In this document: positions 1 through 14,360 of the stretch, in pieces | Layout: the number at the start of each line of letters is the position of its first letter | Numbering within the stretch: the stretch's first letter is position 1 | Assembly (NCBI GenBank): GCA_012295275.1 | Contig: CM022671.1 | Span: 20,832,001 to 20,896,000, forward strand | Direction: 5' to 3' | DNA length: 64,000 nt | DNA from: Chrysomallon squamiferum | Lineage: Eukaryota; Animalia; Mollusca | Notes under the pieces: generated by a model | Seen by the model: the letters and a program-made list of their open reading frames with translations, nothing else | Told to the model about the DNA's origin: nothing | The model's database searches: none | Program-made: the position numbers and the translations under genes

Positions 1-1483
1 TTCTTTCATCGTAAGTTTATAGAATTATCTGTGATACGCTGACTGCACTGAAATCTTATTCCAAGAGTATAGTACGTCAATAAAAAAAAACCAAAACAAT
101 CAAATAGAAAACACACAAAATAATTAACAGAAAACTGAGGCGTTATTTATAGAATATATCATGATGAAAATAAAAATTCAGAAATGAAATTCTTTATGTA
201 AAAAAAAGGAAAAATAAATAAAAAGAATCAAATTATATATATTATAAAAATATAAAATAAATTCATAAAGGAACATTCTTCACGAATAAATTAGACCATT
301 TATGCGAAAGCTGTTTCGAAAATACGACTCTGAATATTCTGAATATTTACGACAGGAGCTTTAATAATGGAAAATAGACCTTAGGAAAATCGTGTTTTAT
401 GCTTGAGTGAAAATTGTCGATTTACCGAGTATTGACATGCACATCCACCCCATTACTTCATCAACATTCGTCATCGACGTTTCTAATCAGGCAGATATTT
501 TGTAAACTCGCTGTCCTGCCTGACATAAGGAAGAAGGTGTAGTACAGTCTGAGAAAACGTAATCATTTTCTTACGTTGCTATTCTTAAACACTTTTATGT
601 GTTTTATTGGATTTGAATTTTATTACTGAAAAAGCTAATAAAGCATTGCCATTGTTTTATTGTTGTTATTTCTGCTTTTGAAGATATGCAGACAAAGACT
701 CACATCCTCACACGCCTACGTACATACGCATTGTACAGACAGAAACACCCACTCACGCACAAACAAATATTCACAAAAACACACATACACACATATATAC
801 ATACACAAATACCTGCATACAACAACTTGTCACACTGAGTTAATGACAAAATAGTGTTAGAATTCAGAATCCAATGACGTGTTCCGATCTCTATTATCTG
901 AATGTTCTGAAACTTTCACAGAACAGGAATCATACAAAACCATTTCTTCCAGTTGAAATCGAATGTGTTTAAAACAGAAAATAATTCAATAACATATTTT
1001 TTTCTTCTTTATCAAACTGAAATCAGTGAACAGTATGGATGCTTTAGGAGGCCAAATTCTTTCATGTTCATTTCGCTGTCTTTGTTTACCAGTTTGGTTC
1101 ATGCTTTTTTCTTCTTCTCCTTCTTTGGGGCATGCAGATTAACTTAAAAGAGCCACTAGCTACAGGAGACCAAATTATTTTATGTTTTTTCCTTGGTTCA
1201 TAAATTCCTGCTCAATTTTTAAAATTATTGTTGAAGGCAAAATTATTTTCTTTTCTTCTGTCCACTTTATTTTATTTACTTTTTTATTTTTATTTAATTA
1301 TTTATTTATTTAAATTTGTAAACAATTAAGACGAATGTATAGTTCAGTATGCAGAAACAGCGTGGTAACTCCAACATATGCTCTAAGTTTTTAACACAAA
1401 ATCTGTTTCGTGTCTCTCGGGAACCTATTTTTACATGCTGGAATCTTGTTAAGAAGGTATGGAATACTCCAAGGCAAATATAT

Positions 1484-1486
<3 letters not shown>

Positions 1487-1577
<91 letters not shown>
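1487..1577. repeat. (AG)n microsatellite
   Basis: Perfect dinucleotide run. Confidence 0.98.
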
Positions 1578-1581
<4 letters not shown>

Positions 1582-2479
1582 ATAAAAGTAAGAGACAAGG
1601 AGAAAGAGAACTAACGTGAGAGAGAGTGGGCGAGAGAAACAGCTTAATTAATCATATTTGATCGTTGAATATTTTTGCATATTTGTCTGTCTCTGTGTGT
1701 ATGCACGTTTGTACATGTACGTGTATATGAGTATGTATGTATGTATGTGTATATATAAATGTGTACGTGTGTATACGTATATGTGCGCGTATTTATTTAA
1801 GTATGATTTTATTCTTTTTTTTAAATTCCACGCTGATTACATAAACCCAGCGTTCATGCAATATTATTATAAATTTTGTTTCAATTGCAGAGATTCTGTT
1901 AAAAAATCCCCCCCCAAAAAAAAAAAAAAAAAAATTTAAAACAAAACAACTTCCCTGCTAAAATGATATAATTAGTAATTAGAACTGTTCTTTCACAGAA
2001 TATTTTCTTCTTCTTACACTTGTTCAATATATTGATAACTGCATTGTGACATATTTCGGTCAAGTGCATATTACAAACGGAATATTCTATTAGTATTGGT
2101 TATAATCGCTGGTATTAGCTCAGCGAAATAATAGAACTCGAATTGTCACTTCGTCGCAATGGGGCTGCTTGTAACATGTTTAAAGCGACGTACAAACAGT
2201 TATATTATTGATTATTCAGATGAAAATAATCATTACACAAATAAAGAATGCTAACAAAGAAATAAAATACATACATACAAAACAGCAGTTTGTAAGACCA
2301 AGAAGACAACAACAATAACAATAACAATAACAACAACAGAGACTGATATAAGAAGGAAAATCTCGAATGTTCTGGCATTCATTTCGGACGCCCAGATACA
2401 GATTAGATACGAATATGCTAATTATTTAATGACTGGTAATGTAAAATTGTTCAATATATGAGTGTATGTGTGTTGATGT

Positions 2480-2530
<51 letters not shown>

Positions 2531-2804
2531 GGTTTTCTTGTTTTTAATTTTTAACAAAAATTATTGTTGTTGTCTTCAGTTTTTAATCTTTTTCTTCTTC
2601 TTCTTCTTATTCTAGAACAGGACAAGATTTTTAATGTGTAGTAGAATGAGATTTGCCTTATAGGGTTAATAATTTTATTTACAAAACACCAAAATACAAA
2701 TACGTTTGTTGATAGATATAAATAGAGCGTAGAAAGGACAGAAAGACAAAGACACAGCCACAGTTACACACACGCACACACATATACATATATAGAGAGA
2801 GGGT

Positions 2805-3174
2805 TAGAGAGAGACAATTATGCAACTATACAGACAAATAAATAGATAAACATATAACAAATAGAGATACACAGACAAAGAGATAGAAAGATAGACAAAC
2901 AGACATATATAGATAGATGCGAAGATAAATTGATTGATAGATAGATAGACAGACAGAGACAGATAGATAGATAATAGATAAATAAATAGATAAATAGAGA
3001 GAAACATATCCCTAGATGGATAGACAGGTACAGATAAAGACATAACCATATTGAGAGATAGATAAATAAATAGATAGATAGATAGATAGATAGATAGAGA
3101 GATAGATGGATGGATAGATAGATTGATACCTAGACACAGATAGATAGGATAGATAGATCGATAGACTTACAGAC

Positions 3175-3224
<50 letters not shown>

Positions 3225-3285
3225 ATAAATAGACAGACAGACAGACAGATAGATAGATAGATAGATAGATAGAGAGACAGACAGA
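2805..3285. repeat. Compound (GATA)n/(GACA)n microsatellite
   Basis: Direct reading. Confidence 0.95.
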
Positions 3286-5156
3286 GCACTAAATGAATTC
3301 GTGTCTGTGATATAATAAATAACATCTATTTCAGACCTCAGCAGTCTGTGTGAAGAAACCAATGTTCATTTTACTCCGATTATACGTGATTAAAATAATT
3401 AATGTCAGAGTTGTGTATCTATAAAAATAAGATTATACGATTAATCCTAATGGAAATCGCAAAACCAGACGAAAATATATTCAAATTATGAGCTTGTGCA
3501 CATTATGTGGTGTTCCCACAAAGCCGTAATGAATGGCAGTAATTTACAAATTACTTTTTGTTTAGTACGAGATATTAGCGATGTATTAGTGCAGGCATTA
3601 ATATTTTCATACATACATCCACACATACATATATACATACCTGTATAAATACATCCATACATCCATACATACATACACCACACAAACATACACATACCAC
3701 ACCGACACATACACACATACATATGTAAATATATACATATAAAAACATACATACATCCATACATTATATATGCTTCTGGATTACTCAGTGCGAATGAGTG
3801 CGGAAGAGAAAGAAAGAAAAGAAAGACAGAGAGAGAACGGGAAAAAGAGGAAAGACAGAGAGACAGAAAGAGAAACACAGAAATGACAGACGGACAGACA
3901 GACAGACAGAAAGATATATTCATGTTTAAATAAAAAAATGTTAAATGTATATGATTAAATAAATTGTTATTAAACGGGAAAACTGAAGATACGTTGTTAA
4001 ATGACTGCGAGTTGACAAAAGTTACTGAGGTAGACTGTGCTAACAGACAGATTAAAATGTTCATTTTATTATTATCGTTTGAACATCAATGGGGAATTTG
4101 ACTTAAATCAAGTAATAGATCATCTTGTTTAGCCTTCAGATTCAAATCAAAAGAAAAAGACAGTCATTACAGCTTTTTGCAATCATTTTGTTAGACACAT
4201 CTCTTGTTTCACTGACTTTGGCAGAACTTATAAAATTTCAGAACACATGTTCTGCTAAAACGTCTAAATAGCCGTCCTGTATCGTTCAAGAAGTTCAAAT
4301 ACTGAAATTCAAAACTCAATAACCTATGAATAAATTTGTATCATCTCAGTAAGAAACCACGATTACAGGCTCTAATCGCTGATGTACTCTTTTCGGTAAT
4401 CCTTTACGCAGAATGCACAACTTTGATTTCTATTTAGTTTCTATCTGCAGATCATGCGTCCAGTTTTGTGCAGCTTCATTAGTTGAGATTTACGCAATGG
4501 ATCGTTTATGTGAAATTTATTAAGTGAATATACAGAGACGAGGCTGCACGGATCGAAATTCTAGCGATTGTAGAAACTTTTTGCTAATTGAATGTGGTGT
4601 GTGGTCTCTTTTCGCGCTGGAACGTATTTCGCAGTCGTAAATAATATTAAACATTACGAAATGTGTCTTTTATTAACATGCGTTATTGCATGGAGCCATA
4701 CCAGAATAAGATTAGCGAATCGTTTTTTTCTCCTGTAATCTTTTAATGTCGCGCCTCGGATTCGATATGTAAAATTAAGAAAGTGAAATTCCAGTACAAG
4801 CTTTCTGCTTGCGTGCAACACTGCGCAGTTTTAAACACGTTTTCAGAAAGTCAGTTATCTTTCTGGTTGTTGTTTTTTTTTTCTTCTTCTTTTAAAAAAT
4901 TTTAGAGCTGAGAAAAACAGAATTGTAGAGTGAGCAGCTTGATTGATTCTGTTCTAGTTATTTATTAAACGTGTTTATTGTCTTCTCTAGGTGCTCTGCG
5001 ATAAATACAAGAAAAAGTGTATCTGACTAAGAAGAGCAGCACGATGTTTGTGATAATACACAGAATATGTTTTAAACAAGATTTCCTTTTGATTTTCTAT
5101 AAAAATCCACATCACTACATAGTATGACATTAAACTGTAATAGAAAAAGATAAATA

Positions 5157-5190
<34 letters not shown>

Positions 5191-5759
5191 AATGTAATTA
5201 CTGATTATTATCCTGGAAAATAAACAATGAAGAGAGTTTATTTCAGAAAATAATATTCATGCAAGATGCTGTTTCCGAAAGCTGAGTCATCTTAACCATT
5301 GACCACCATCCAAATTGCTACTTTATAATCTTGTAATAATTACAAGAAATCTGAACAAACGAAGTGCTTTATTTTTAGAAACGGCTTCATCACTTTATTT
5401 CGAAAATACCTCAGCTGTATACCAAAGACGTATACAGTGAGAGGTCAAAATCATCTCTGCTGAAAGTAAGTGCAGTCGTTTCATTGTACAATTTCTAAGT
5501 ACCACAAGAACTGCTCTCTTCCGATAAAGAATTCGCAAAGGGAAACAACTCTAGTTTTAAATTTTCTTACTGCGCAGAGGTTTCTGACTTGACCTTGAAT
5601 CGTAAATAAAACAAAAGATTAACGCTTCTGTATCAACTATGGACTGATTAATCGCAAGGCGTGACTTAACGGGCTTTGGAATGAATGTATTTTCTGAATA
5701 AGAAAATACTGGAGTATTTTATCGGCGTGAACGCTAATATTGCATTTATTTTGAACCTC

Positions 5760-5763
<4 letters not shown>

Positions 5764-5823
<60 letters not shown>
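5764..5823. repeat. (CT)n microsatellite
   Basis: Direct reading. Confidence 0.97.
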
Positions 5824-5829
<6 letters not shown>

Positions 5830-6012
5830 ACGTACCTCAGATTATCCACTTGTTCCATCTGTTCATGGGATTTACATTTTTTAATTGATAATTTTTTAAT
5901 TAGTTGTCTGTTTATTTCTCATTAATCTATAAACATACAGATGTCAACAACTTGGCACAGTTATTTCAAGTTCTTATTACTCACTACAACTGTAGCAGTA
6001 TTTATTTTTTGA

Positions 6013-6065
<53 letters not shown>

Positions 6066-6437
6066 TTTGGCATATTAATAAGCAATATCAACACAATTAG
6101 GTTTCAGAGAGATTTACGATTTACTTGGACCGAGTTATCCCTGTGTTTTTAAGTGACATCACTTGCTGTTAAAGTGGGTTTTTTTTTTAATTCCATCATT
6201 GGTTGTTCCAAACACGAATTTTTGTTTCAATAGCTCTTAACTCTCTCTCTGTCTCTCTCTCGAAAAAAATTAAACCATCAAAAAACCCGTCTCTAGCGAG
6301 AGATGTGTGCTATCAAGTATAAATTACAACAGTTTGGATGCCATCTGAAATGTCGATCCTTGGTCGAATCTTGTGTAAATAAAGCTTTATTTTAAAAGTT
6401 TCTAAATACATAAGTATAATATCCATAGACTGAGGCC

Positions 6438-6438
6438 A

Positions 6439-6480
<42 letters not shown>

Positions 6481-6560
6481 TGTAGTAATGATAAAAATAA
6501 AGATAATTCTAATGGTAGTAATGATAAAAATAAAGAAAATTCTAATGGTAGTAATAATAT
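6438..6560. repeat. (AAT)n microsatellite followed by a 33-bp tandem duplication
   Basis: GTAGTAATGATAAAAATAAAGA(T/A)AATTCTAATG x2.3. Confidence 0.85.
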
Positions 6561-7340
6561 GATAAGATAAATGGAAACTGAACAAATCTTTTCAGTGTAG
6601 GTATATTCATTTCAAAATACACAAATGGAATATGATAGAGGAGTTATTTAAAGAGCTCAAATGAAAATAAACAAATTCTAGTAATGTTATCATTAATATT
6701 AAATAAAATGGTATTTAATTCTCCTATCAGTGTGTTTTTATTTATGTATATGTGTTAAGAGTGGAACTGTGAAAATGTTTATTTATTTATTTATTTATTT
6801 AATTACTTTTTAGTTGATTGGATGGATGGTTGGTTTGTTTCTTCGATCGTTCGTTTTGGCTGTTTTTGTTTATTTATTTATTTATCATTGTTTTTAACGC
6901 TGATGTTTCTTACCAGTAATCACGCAAATACTATTGATTTTCCGCTGCTTTAAAAATTAAAAAGCGAGAAACAAACATTTCAGTAAACAAACTCCAAGTC
7001 AAACGAAGCGAATAAGACATTCATATTTTCTTTCTGGCAGTTTGAATTAGAACGACATGCAAAGGTGCGTTGTAGCATGCTATCTTGGACGTTTAGTTAA
7101 TGACTATCAAACATACAAATGCATGATATAAATATTATTTTCTGCCGTTTTTTCCCGTCTCCATGACACAGTTTAAGACAGATCGAGTTGAGACAGGCAG
7201 TCAATATATCGGAATAGAAAATTCACGAACTCAGCGAGACGTATGACAGAATTACAAAGACCTAAATAGCTCAGATTTGTAAAGCAAATAAATAAGGAGC
7301 TGATTCAAACATCGTCTTTGGTTGTTGATGTTGACGACTG

Positions 7341-7540
7341 AAAGAGTTTGTTTAATTATTATAATTAGAGTTGAGTAGAAAAAAAAATTAGTTATAGAAA
7401 ACTAAAGTTTTGTTTGTAGAGACAGTGTGATTAATTATTATAATTAATGTTGAGTAGAACAAAAATAGCTATAGAGAGATAAGGCTTTGTTTGTAAAGAG
7501 AATCTGTTTAATTATTATAATTAGAATTTGTTTCTAAAGA
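7341..7540. repeat. ~78-bp tandem repeat, about 2.4 copies
   Basis: TTAATTATTATAATTA..GTTGAGTAGAA..TTTGTTTGTA recurs near 7352, 7431 and 7508. Confidence 0.8.
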
Positions 7541-8395
7541 CATCAGTAACAGTGTTAGACATCTCAACATGCACACTCACTTAAACAGTTCTCGCTGTCT
7601 GCTGGCTCTGTCTGTCTGTCCCTGACTTTATATATACCTATCCACATTAGTCGCTGGTTGTCTCTCTTGTCTGTCTGTCTACCTATCTGTCTTCCTATCT
7701 ATAGAGAGAGTTCGAAAAGTTTATCTGTTGTAGTTTGTTTATGTAAAGATAACATATTAGTCATATAAACTATCATTAATTATGAGGAATACTCTTAAAT
7801 GCCATATATAAATACCATTAGTATAGAAGATACGTCATTCCGTAAATCTTTTAAAATTAACGTAAGATAAAGATATGTTCTGTGAGCTGCAATTCTAAAA
7901 CTAAAATAGCAAAAATGATAGCGCCAAAGTATCATTAGATCAGTGGAAAAAAAGTACAGTAACTCACAAATAATATCTGATTTCTAAAATTAATCACAGT
8001 CGCATCTGCATTATCATTAAACTGATTCATAACTCTTTATAAAAGACAGTCCCAAAAAATCGAATCGTCGTCATTATAAATCAAAGTTCAAGCTGTGAAT
8101 TCGACCTTTGACTCCGGCAGCTGAAATAAAAGAGACAAGAGAACAGGAAACGATAGTCTCTAGACATTACCCAGACCTGCAGTTCCTGTTTCTTTACAGT
8201 TTTTATGCCGACATCAGCTGCCAGATGCATTGAATACACCAGCACGATGTTTGAAAGGGTTTAGATATATATAATTACAATTCTAATTAAGGCCAGGTTT
8301 TTATGGAGCAGAATTCAGGAAAGATGATTAAAGCCGCCCACATCTATCGACTTGATAACCTGTTATATAATACACATCATCATTATTATTATTAG

Positions 8396-8421
8396 CTGTA
8401 GTAGGAGTAGTAGTAGTAGTA

Positions 8422-8454
<33 letters not shown>

Positions 8455-8790
8455 ATAGTAATAGTAGTAGTAGCAGTAGTAATAGTAATAAAAGTAGAAG
8501 TTATAGTAATAGTACTAGTAGTTGTTGTTATATTATTAGTAGCAGTATTTTCTCTATAATATCAGGGGTAGCAGTATAGCAGTGATAATGGCACAATAAT
8601 AATAATAGCAATAGCTGCCGTTATGGTAGTAAAAGTAATAGTATTAGTAGTCTAAATAGTAGCAGTGGTAGTAATGGTCGTTGTAGTAATAGTAGTAATA
8701 ACAATGGCAGTAGTAACTTTGAAGTGATGGTTGTAGCAGTAGCAGTAATAATAATAGCAGTAGTAATATTACAAGTAGTAGGGTGATAGT
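8396..8790. repeat. Degenerate (AGT/AAT/AGC)n trinucleotide tract
   Basis: Direct reading. Confidence 0.9.
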
Positions 8791-9020
8791 AGCACCATTA
8801 GTAAATATTATTTAAACGTCAATATATATAAATTCAATTGTGTTCATTTAGTGATAACATGTGAAGAGCAACTAAGATATAGACACCAAATTAATGGCAC
8901 AGAGAAGAAGAACATTATTCCTCCGTATCAAGTAGTAGTTAGCTTACACTGTCATTGATGAACTTCATCTTTTCATGTAGGAACTTTCTCTCAAATTAAA
9001 GTAGTTTAGACGTGAACGTA

Positions 9021-9066
9021 ATGCATTATTCTTAATCGTTATGCATTATTCTTAATCGTTATGCAT
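9021..9066. repeat. Perfect 20-bp tandem duplication
   Basis: ATGCATTATTCTTAATCGTT x2.3. Confidence 0.9.
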
Positions 9067-12000
9067 AACTACTTTCGATATGTAGTTGTCTTCAAAAGGT
9101 GTTGTTTTTGAAAGCGTCCAAGGATAGTATCAGCTTGCAGGGCTATGTTTAAACTGAGAATAGGACAGTAATGGGTTTTTGCTTCTAAAAGAAACCCACT
9201 AAAGCAGCGAATGTTTGCGTGAGTGTTTGTAATATAAAAAGGGTAAAACATCCAGAGTTAAAGAATGAAGAGTTGAAGAATGACCTAGTTGCTGACAGTG
9301 ACCTTGAATTAGCTCGCTCTATGTAATGGAGTTAGGGCGTTTTAGATTTATTTATTTATTTATTTATTTACTGTAAAGATTAAACTGAAATGATACAGGT
9401 AAAGAAATACAAGCCTTCTAACTGCATTTGATATCAATATACCAGAAAAGCAGCAACAACAATATGAGCAACAACAACAACAATAATAATAATTTTACTA
9501 CTACTGCTGCTGCTGCTGTTACTACTAATATTACAATTACTATTACTGAAATGATGATGATGATGATAAGAAAACATCAACAGTAAAAAAAAAAGAGAAT
9601 GGACGAAACAGAGCTTTCAAATTGTGTTAAGGGACGATCCATCTTCATGCTCTAAACTTGAAGTAATAAATACACTTAATAGAAATTAATATAATTACAG
9701 CACTATAAATATCTCATATATACATATAATATGGTTCATAACGCTACATTTTCCAAACCATAGGCTTATAATCTCAGTTTCATCATCCCGCCTTTTTCAA
9801 GGGACCAGAAGTGTCGTCTGCTGGATTATATCTTATTATACATTGATCCGACACATCACCGACTAAGTAGCTGTCTGCTGCATACATCAGTAATTAGCAA
9901 GGCCGTCTAAAATTATCCATTCATATAGTCCATTTGATGTATATAGATATTGCTTCGGAATTTGATTGATGCATAGCTAAAGTACAGATAGCGTGTGTCT
10001 GTCTGTCTTACTGCCTTTATTTTCGTTCACTTTTTTGTGGAATTTTACTTGTCTGTTTACATTTTGAAGGTAATTTTGTAAATCTGGCTATATGAAAAAT
10101 ACAGGGCTAAAATAGAAGTCCCATCTCTTATAAAGATGTACTTCAGTCAACAGGGTAGCAAAATTCAAAAGTTCTGTTTAAGATCTGAAGTGAGAAATGA
10201 TGATGTTTTATTTGGGGTTTTTACCGCAGCAAAATATGTCTATATACGACATCACGTAAAATACTGAACACTGATAAATAAATAAATAAATAAATAAATG
10301 TTATTGTCTTTTTTCTTTTCAATTAAAGGGATACTTTCAAACACGTCTCATGATTTATTATATCTGCAAAATTAATTCTTCGCCTAATATAATGATATAG
10401 CTTAATGTGTGATTTGTATGTATGTATGAATGTATGTATGTATGTATGTATGTATGTATGTATGTATGTATGAATGTATATATGTATGTACAAGTACCTA
10501 GATATGTGTACGTATGGGTATTAATCTCAATGTTTGTTTATATATATAAGAAGATAGCTACGCTCAGTTTGTAAACAGGTTCGCTATTTTCAAAATAACA
10601 AATAGATAATAGCTTTTAATCATTAATGTTTATCGTATTACGGTTTGGTACAAATTCTGTCTTTAGCACGAATTAAAAAAAAAAAAAAAAAAAGAAAATT
10701 ATCTCAAAGAGAATTAGTACGAATTAGAAGTTGAATTATCCGTAAATACTGAATTAAAACTAATTTATAAAAACAGGGTGATCGAAGGTCCGAGCTAATG
10801 GTAACGACCACTTGAAAGGTTTTATTCTGTCGTCAACGCCGAAGAAAATGTGAATTGTGCGTGTGTTGTAGCTATCTGAAATAACGCGTTTATGTCGAGT
10901 CACGTTTATGTTTAATGTGGGAAATCATGTTTTTTTTTGACGTTCTAACTTGTTGCCGGAGGAAGCTGACAGAGTTCGCCGACATTTGGACTCTCGTACA
11001 GCAATAAATATAAAAAGTTAAAATTATTTTATTTTCGTGCGTTTTCTATTTTATTTTCGTGTTTTTTTCTATTTTATTTGTGGGTGTTTGTAGCTGCCTT
11101 TTTTCATTCAGGAATTATGTATATATATATATATATATATATTGTAATATTGTTTTTTAAACTTACAATCTACATCTTTAAAGTAATTACTAATGGATTT
11201 TGAAATGTGTTACATTATATTCATGCATTATATATTAATTTACGACAAAAATATTATTACTTCAGTTACGTTTTGATTTCTGTCTTTTTTAAATGTAAGC
11301 TTTTCTTAGGTTATATTTTTATCAGTACGCTATCACTCGTTTTGAAATAATCTACTTACGCCATGCCGTGTAACAATGCAATACAACTGTTCTTGTTATC
11401 TTAATTGTTTACCTGAACGAGCGTCCATTATATTTTAACTTAGTGATTCCTTTTCAAAGTAATGCTGAAACGTTCTTATCTATGGAATCAAGGTAATTCC
11501 ATTAACTTTAATTCCCCTGATCGCTGTTGTATAAAACAGGGCATGACTGCGATTCATTATGTTACAAGGAAATGATTTAATTAAATTTGATTTCTATTTT
11601 GCACTCTCTATGAAATGAGATAAGCTGTATGCCTCACTGTTAGGGAAATGGTGTTATGCGTCACTGGTCACGTGATTAAACCTTTTCGGTGCTCTCTCAG
11701 ACGTTATTATTACATACTATTTATTATTTTTATTATGTTTTCTCTTTTTTGTTGTTGTTGTTGTTTTCGTTCATAAAAAAAAAAAAGAAGTTAAAATATT
11801 GCTGACAAACAAAAGTATATATTAACTCACGAAGAAGAAAACGAAAAACAGGAAGTTATTTGGATCCATTGAAAGAAATAATGTAAAAGGTTTCAAAATT
11901 GGAGACTCCTAATTTAAGATCCGTTTCAAAATGAAAGGCTGAAATAATTGCATTTTAAGGCAGAACCTTATATTTGGACCTAAAGTCCAGACTAACGTTT

Positions 12001-14214
12001 GATTAAAAAAAGATTTTTTTTTTACAGATTATAGGGACATTTTTTTTCTTTGATTTTGCATGGTATTTAATTTGAATTAACGCAGTTTGTAATTTGAAAT
12101 AGGATTAGTGGAATTAATTGCTTATATGTTTCATTAAGCCAGAAAGACAATTAATAATCCATGACTGATCTTCGAATCAAGATTATTTTCATAGACTGGC
12201 TAATTACGATATATCCTGAACTGCGTAGAAAATTTTCCTTGTGTGTTTGTCTCTGCCAGTCAGCGCATAATGCAAACTTAATTTTGAATTTTAACTTATT
12301 GCTAGAAGAAGCTGAGAAATGATGAAATAAGAAGACAGAAATCGTCATTGTTTAATCCGTGTACACTGTTGTGCTGTAATTTATTTTCTACCATTGTCTC
12401 ACATACACATATTGTACAACGTAACCATCTAATAAGCCAGCAGTCTAGATCTTAAAGGTCAAGGTCAGACGGTATAACTGGAGATGAAAAATGAAATAAA
12501 AATGTTAAAACATTAACTTCAAAGAGTCCTGTGTGAAAATAGATCTTCTATTTGGACTTTTATTTCTTTAATATTATCTTTATTATTATTACTTTTTTAT
12601 TATTATTATTTATTATTTTTTTACAAAATATATTATAAAAAAATCTAAGCGCATGCTGCCATGCTGAAATCATATAATCACATATTTAAAGATTTTTTTT
12701 TTTTTTTATTTTTTTTTTTAAAATCCACTGGTGCTGTCGGCTAAGAAACAGCAGGAAGAGTTCACATAATATCACACTTGATGACTTCAGCCGATACAGA
12801 AAGTGTTTCAGTTAATAAATCCATTCCAGTGCTTCTTATGCTCTGCCTGATTTTCAGTCGGTAAAAGCGTTATCCTTTGCTGATCTAAAATTATCAGTGA
12901 TACAGACGCAACTACAAGTGGACCTTTTGGCGTTTCGGTCATGTCAAGAATTTTTCTTTTTCTGCACATTGCATTTTTCTTTCATCGCAGTCTTTGATGA
13001 TACGGTCTTTTTCGAGCAGCTGAAAGAATCAGGAATGGTCTCTACTTGTGACATTGGCTGATAATAAATGTCGCCTTTCAACAGTTAACGCTATAATTTG
13101 CAGACTAGATATATTATTATTAATAAAGTATTTGAAGATACCATGAAAAATACACATAAAACCTTTGTTTTTCTGTTATAAATTTTAATATCGTATATGG
13201 TGGTTTCAGTTATATTATCTATTTTGAAATAAAATTTCACATTATTGTGTTTACATTTATATTATATGATTTTTTAACTGAATTTTGGTACTTGCAGTCT
13301 TCTTTCTTTCTTTTTCTTCTTTAATTAAATGTTTTAAACAAATGCTTACATCATCGCGACTACATGTGTATACTACTTATCCTATTCTTCTTTAAATAAA
13401 AAATTGCATTACAGTGGTTACAGTCATGATATTTCATTTTAATGATATATTACATTATTGTGTTTTTATTTTTTATTATTTTATTATCATTATCATTATT
13501 ATTATTTATTAGCGATAGTTTACATTATTGTACCAGCTAGTATCTTGTTTATTTTTCAATGAAAATTTATCTCATTATGGGAACAATTATGTTACCTGTT
13601 TTTCAGTGAAAGTTTGACTTAATGTGATTGCATTTATGCTATTTTTTTTTATGTTAAAGTTTTATATTACTGTGATTATAATTAGTTATTTATTGATAAA
13701 CTAAAGTAAATTGTACCAAATTATTGCAGAAAGTTTGTTGCCTAGTTGCTTTGTTTTCATTTTGAATGAAACTGAAATTTATTCCCGAATAACGGATAAT
13801 TATGCAATTTTGATGCACAGAACAAAATACCATTTAGAAATTGTTAATGCGGAAATGCGCCTATATGCCCGTTCGTTCATTAAATAAATTCAGTAAGAAC
13901 GTAAATATATAATAACAAATCAATTCTACTTGTCTCGAGTGAGATTACGGCAAATCAATGGATTGTGGAGTTTATTATTATTTTTATTTTGAAAGCTGCA
14001 TTTTTATCATTAAAATACTGGGTCGAAGATGTTTTTTTTTGTGGTTTTTTTATATCTTACACAGTCCACAATGCAGACTGATGAGCAGAGAAAACACATT
14101 TTTAATGACGCATTAGTAATTATTATTACAGAAAAGGAATTTCAAGTTTAAGTAGCATTGTTACAGAATATAGCAGTTGGAACTGAACGTGCATTGCGCT
14201 CAGTCAGATACCGA

Positions 14215-14360
14215 GTATGTATGAACGTGTAACGTATTTAACAAGCGTATAGTTTATTTACAGGCGTGTAGTATATTTACGAACATGTACAGTATTTACG
14301 ACCGTGTAATTTATTTACGAGCGTATAGTCTATTTGTGAGCGTTAGGATATTTACGAGAT
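14215..14360. repeat. Degenerate ~19-bp minisatellite, about 7 copies
   Basis: Consensus near TATTTACGAGCGTGTAGT(T/A). Confidence 0.8.
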
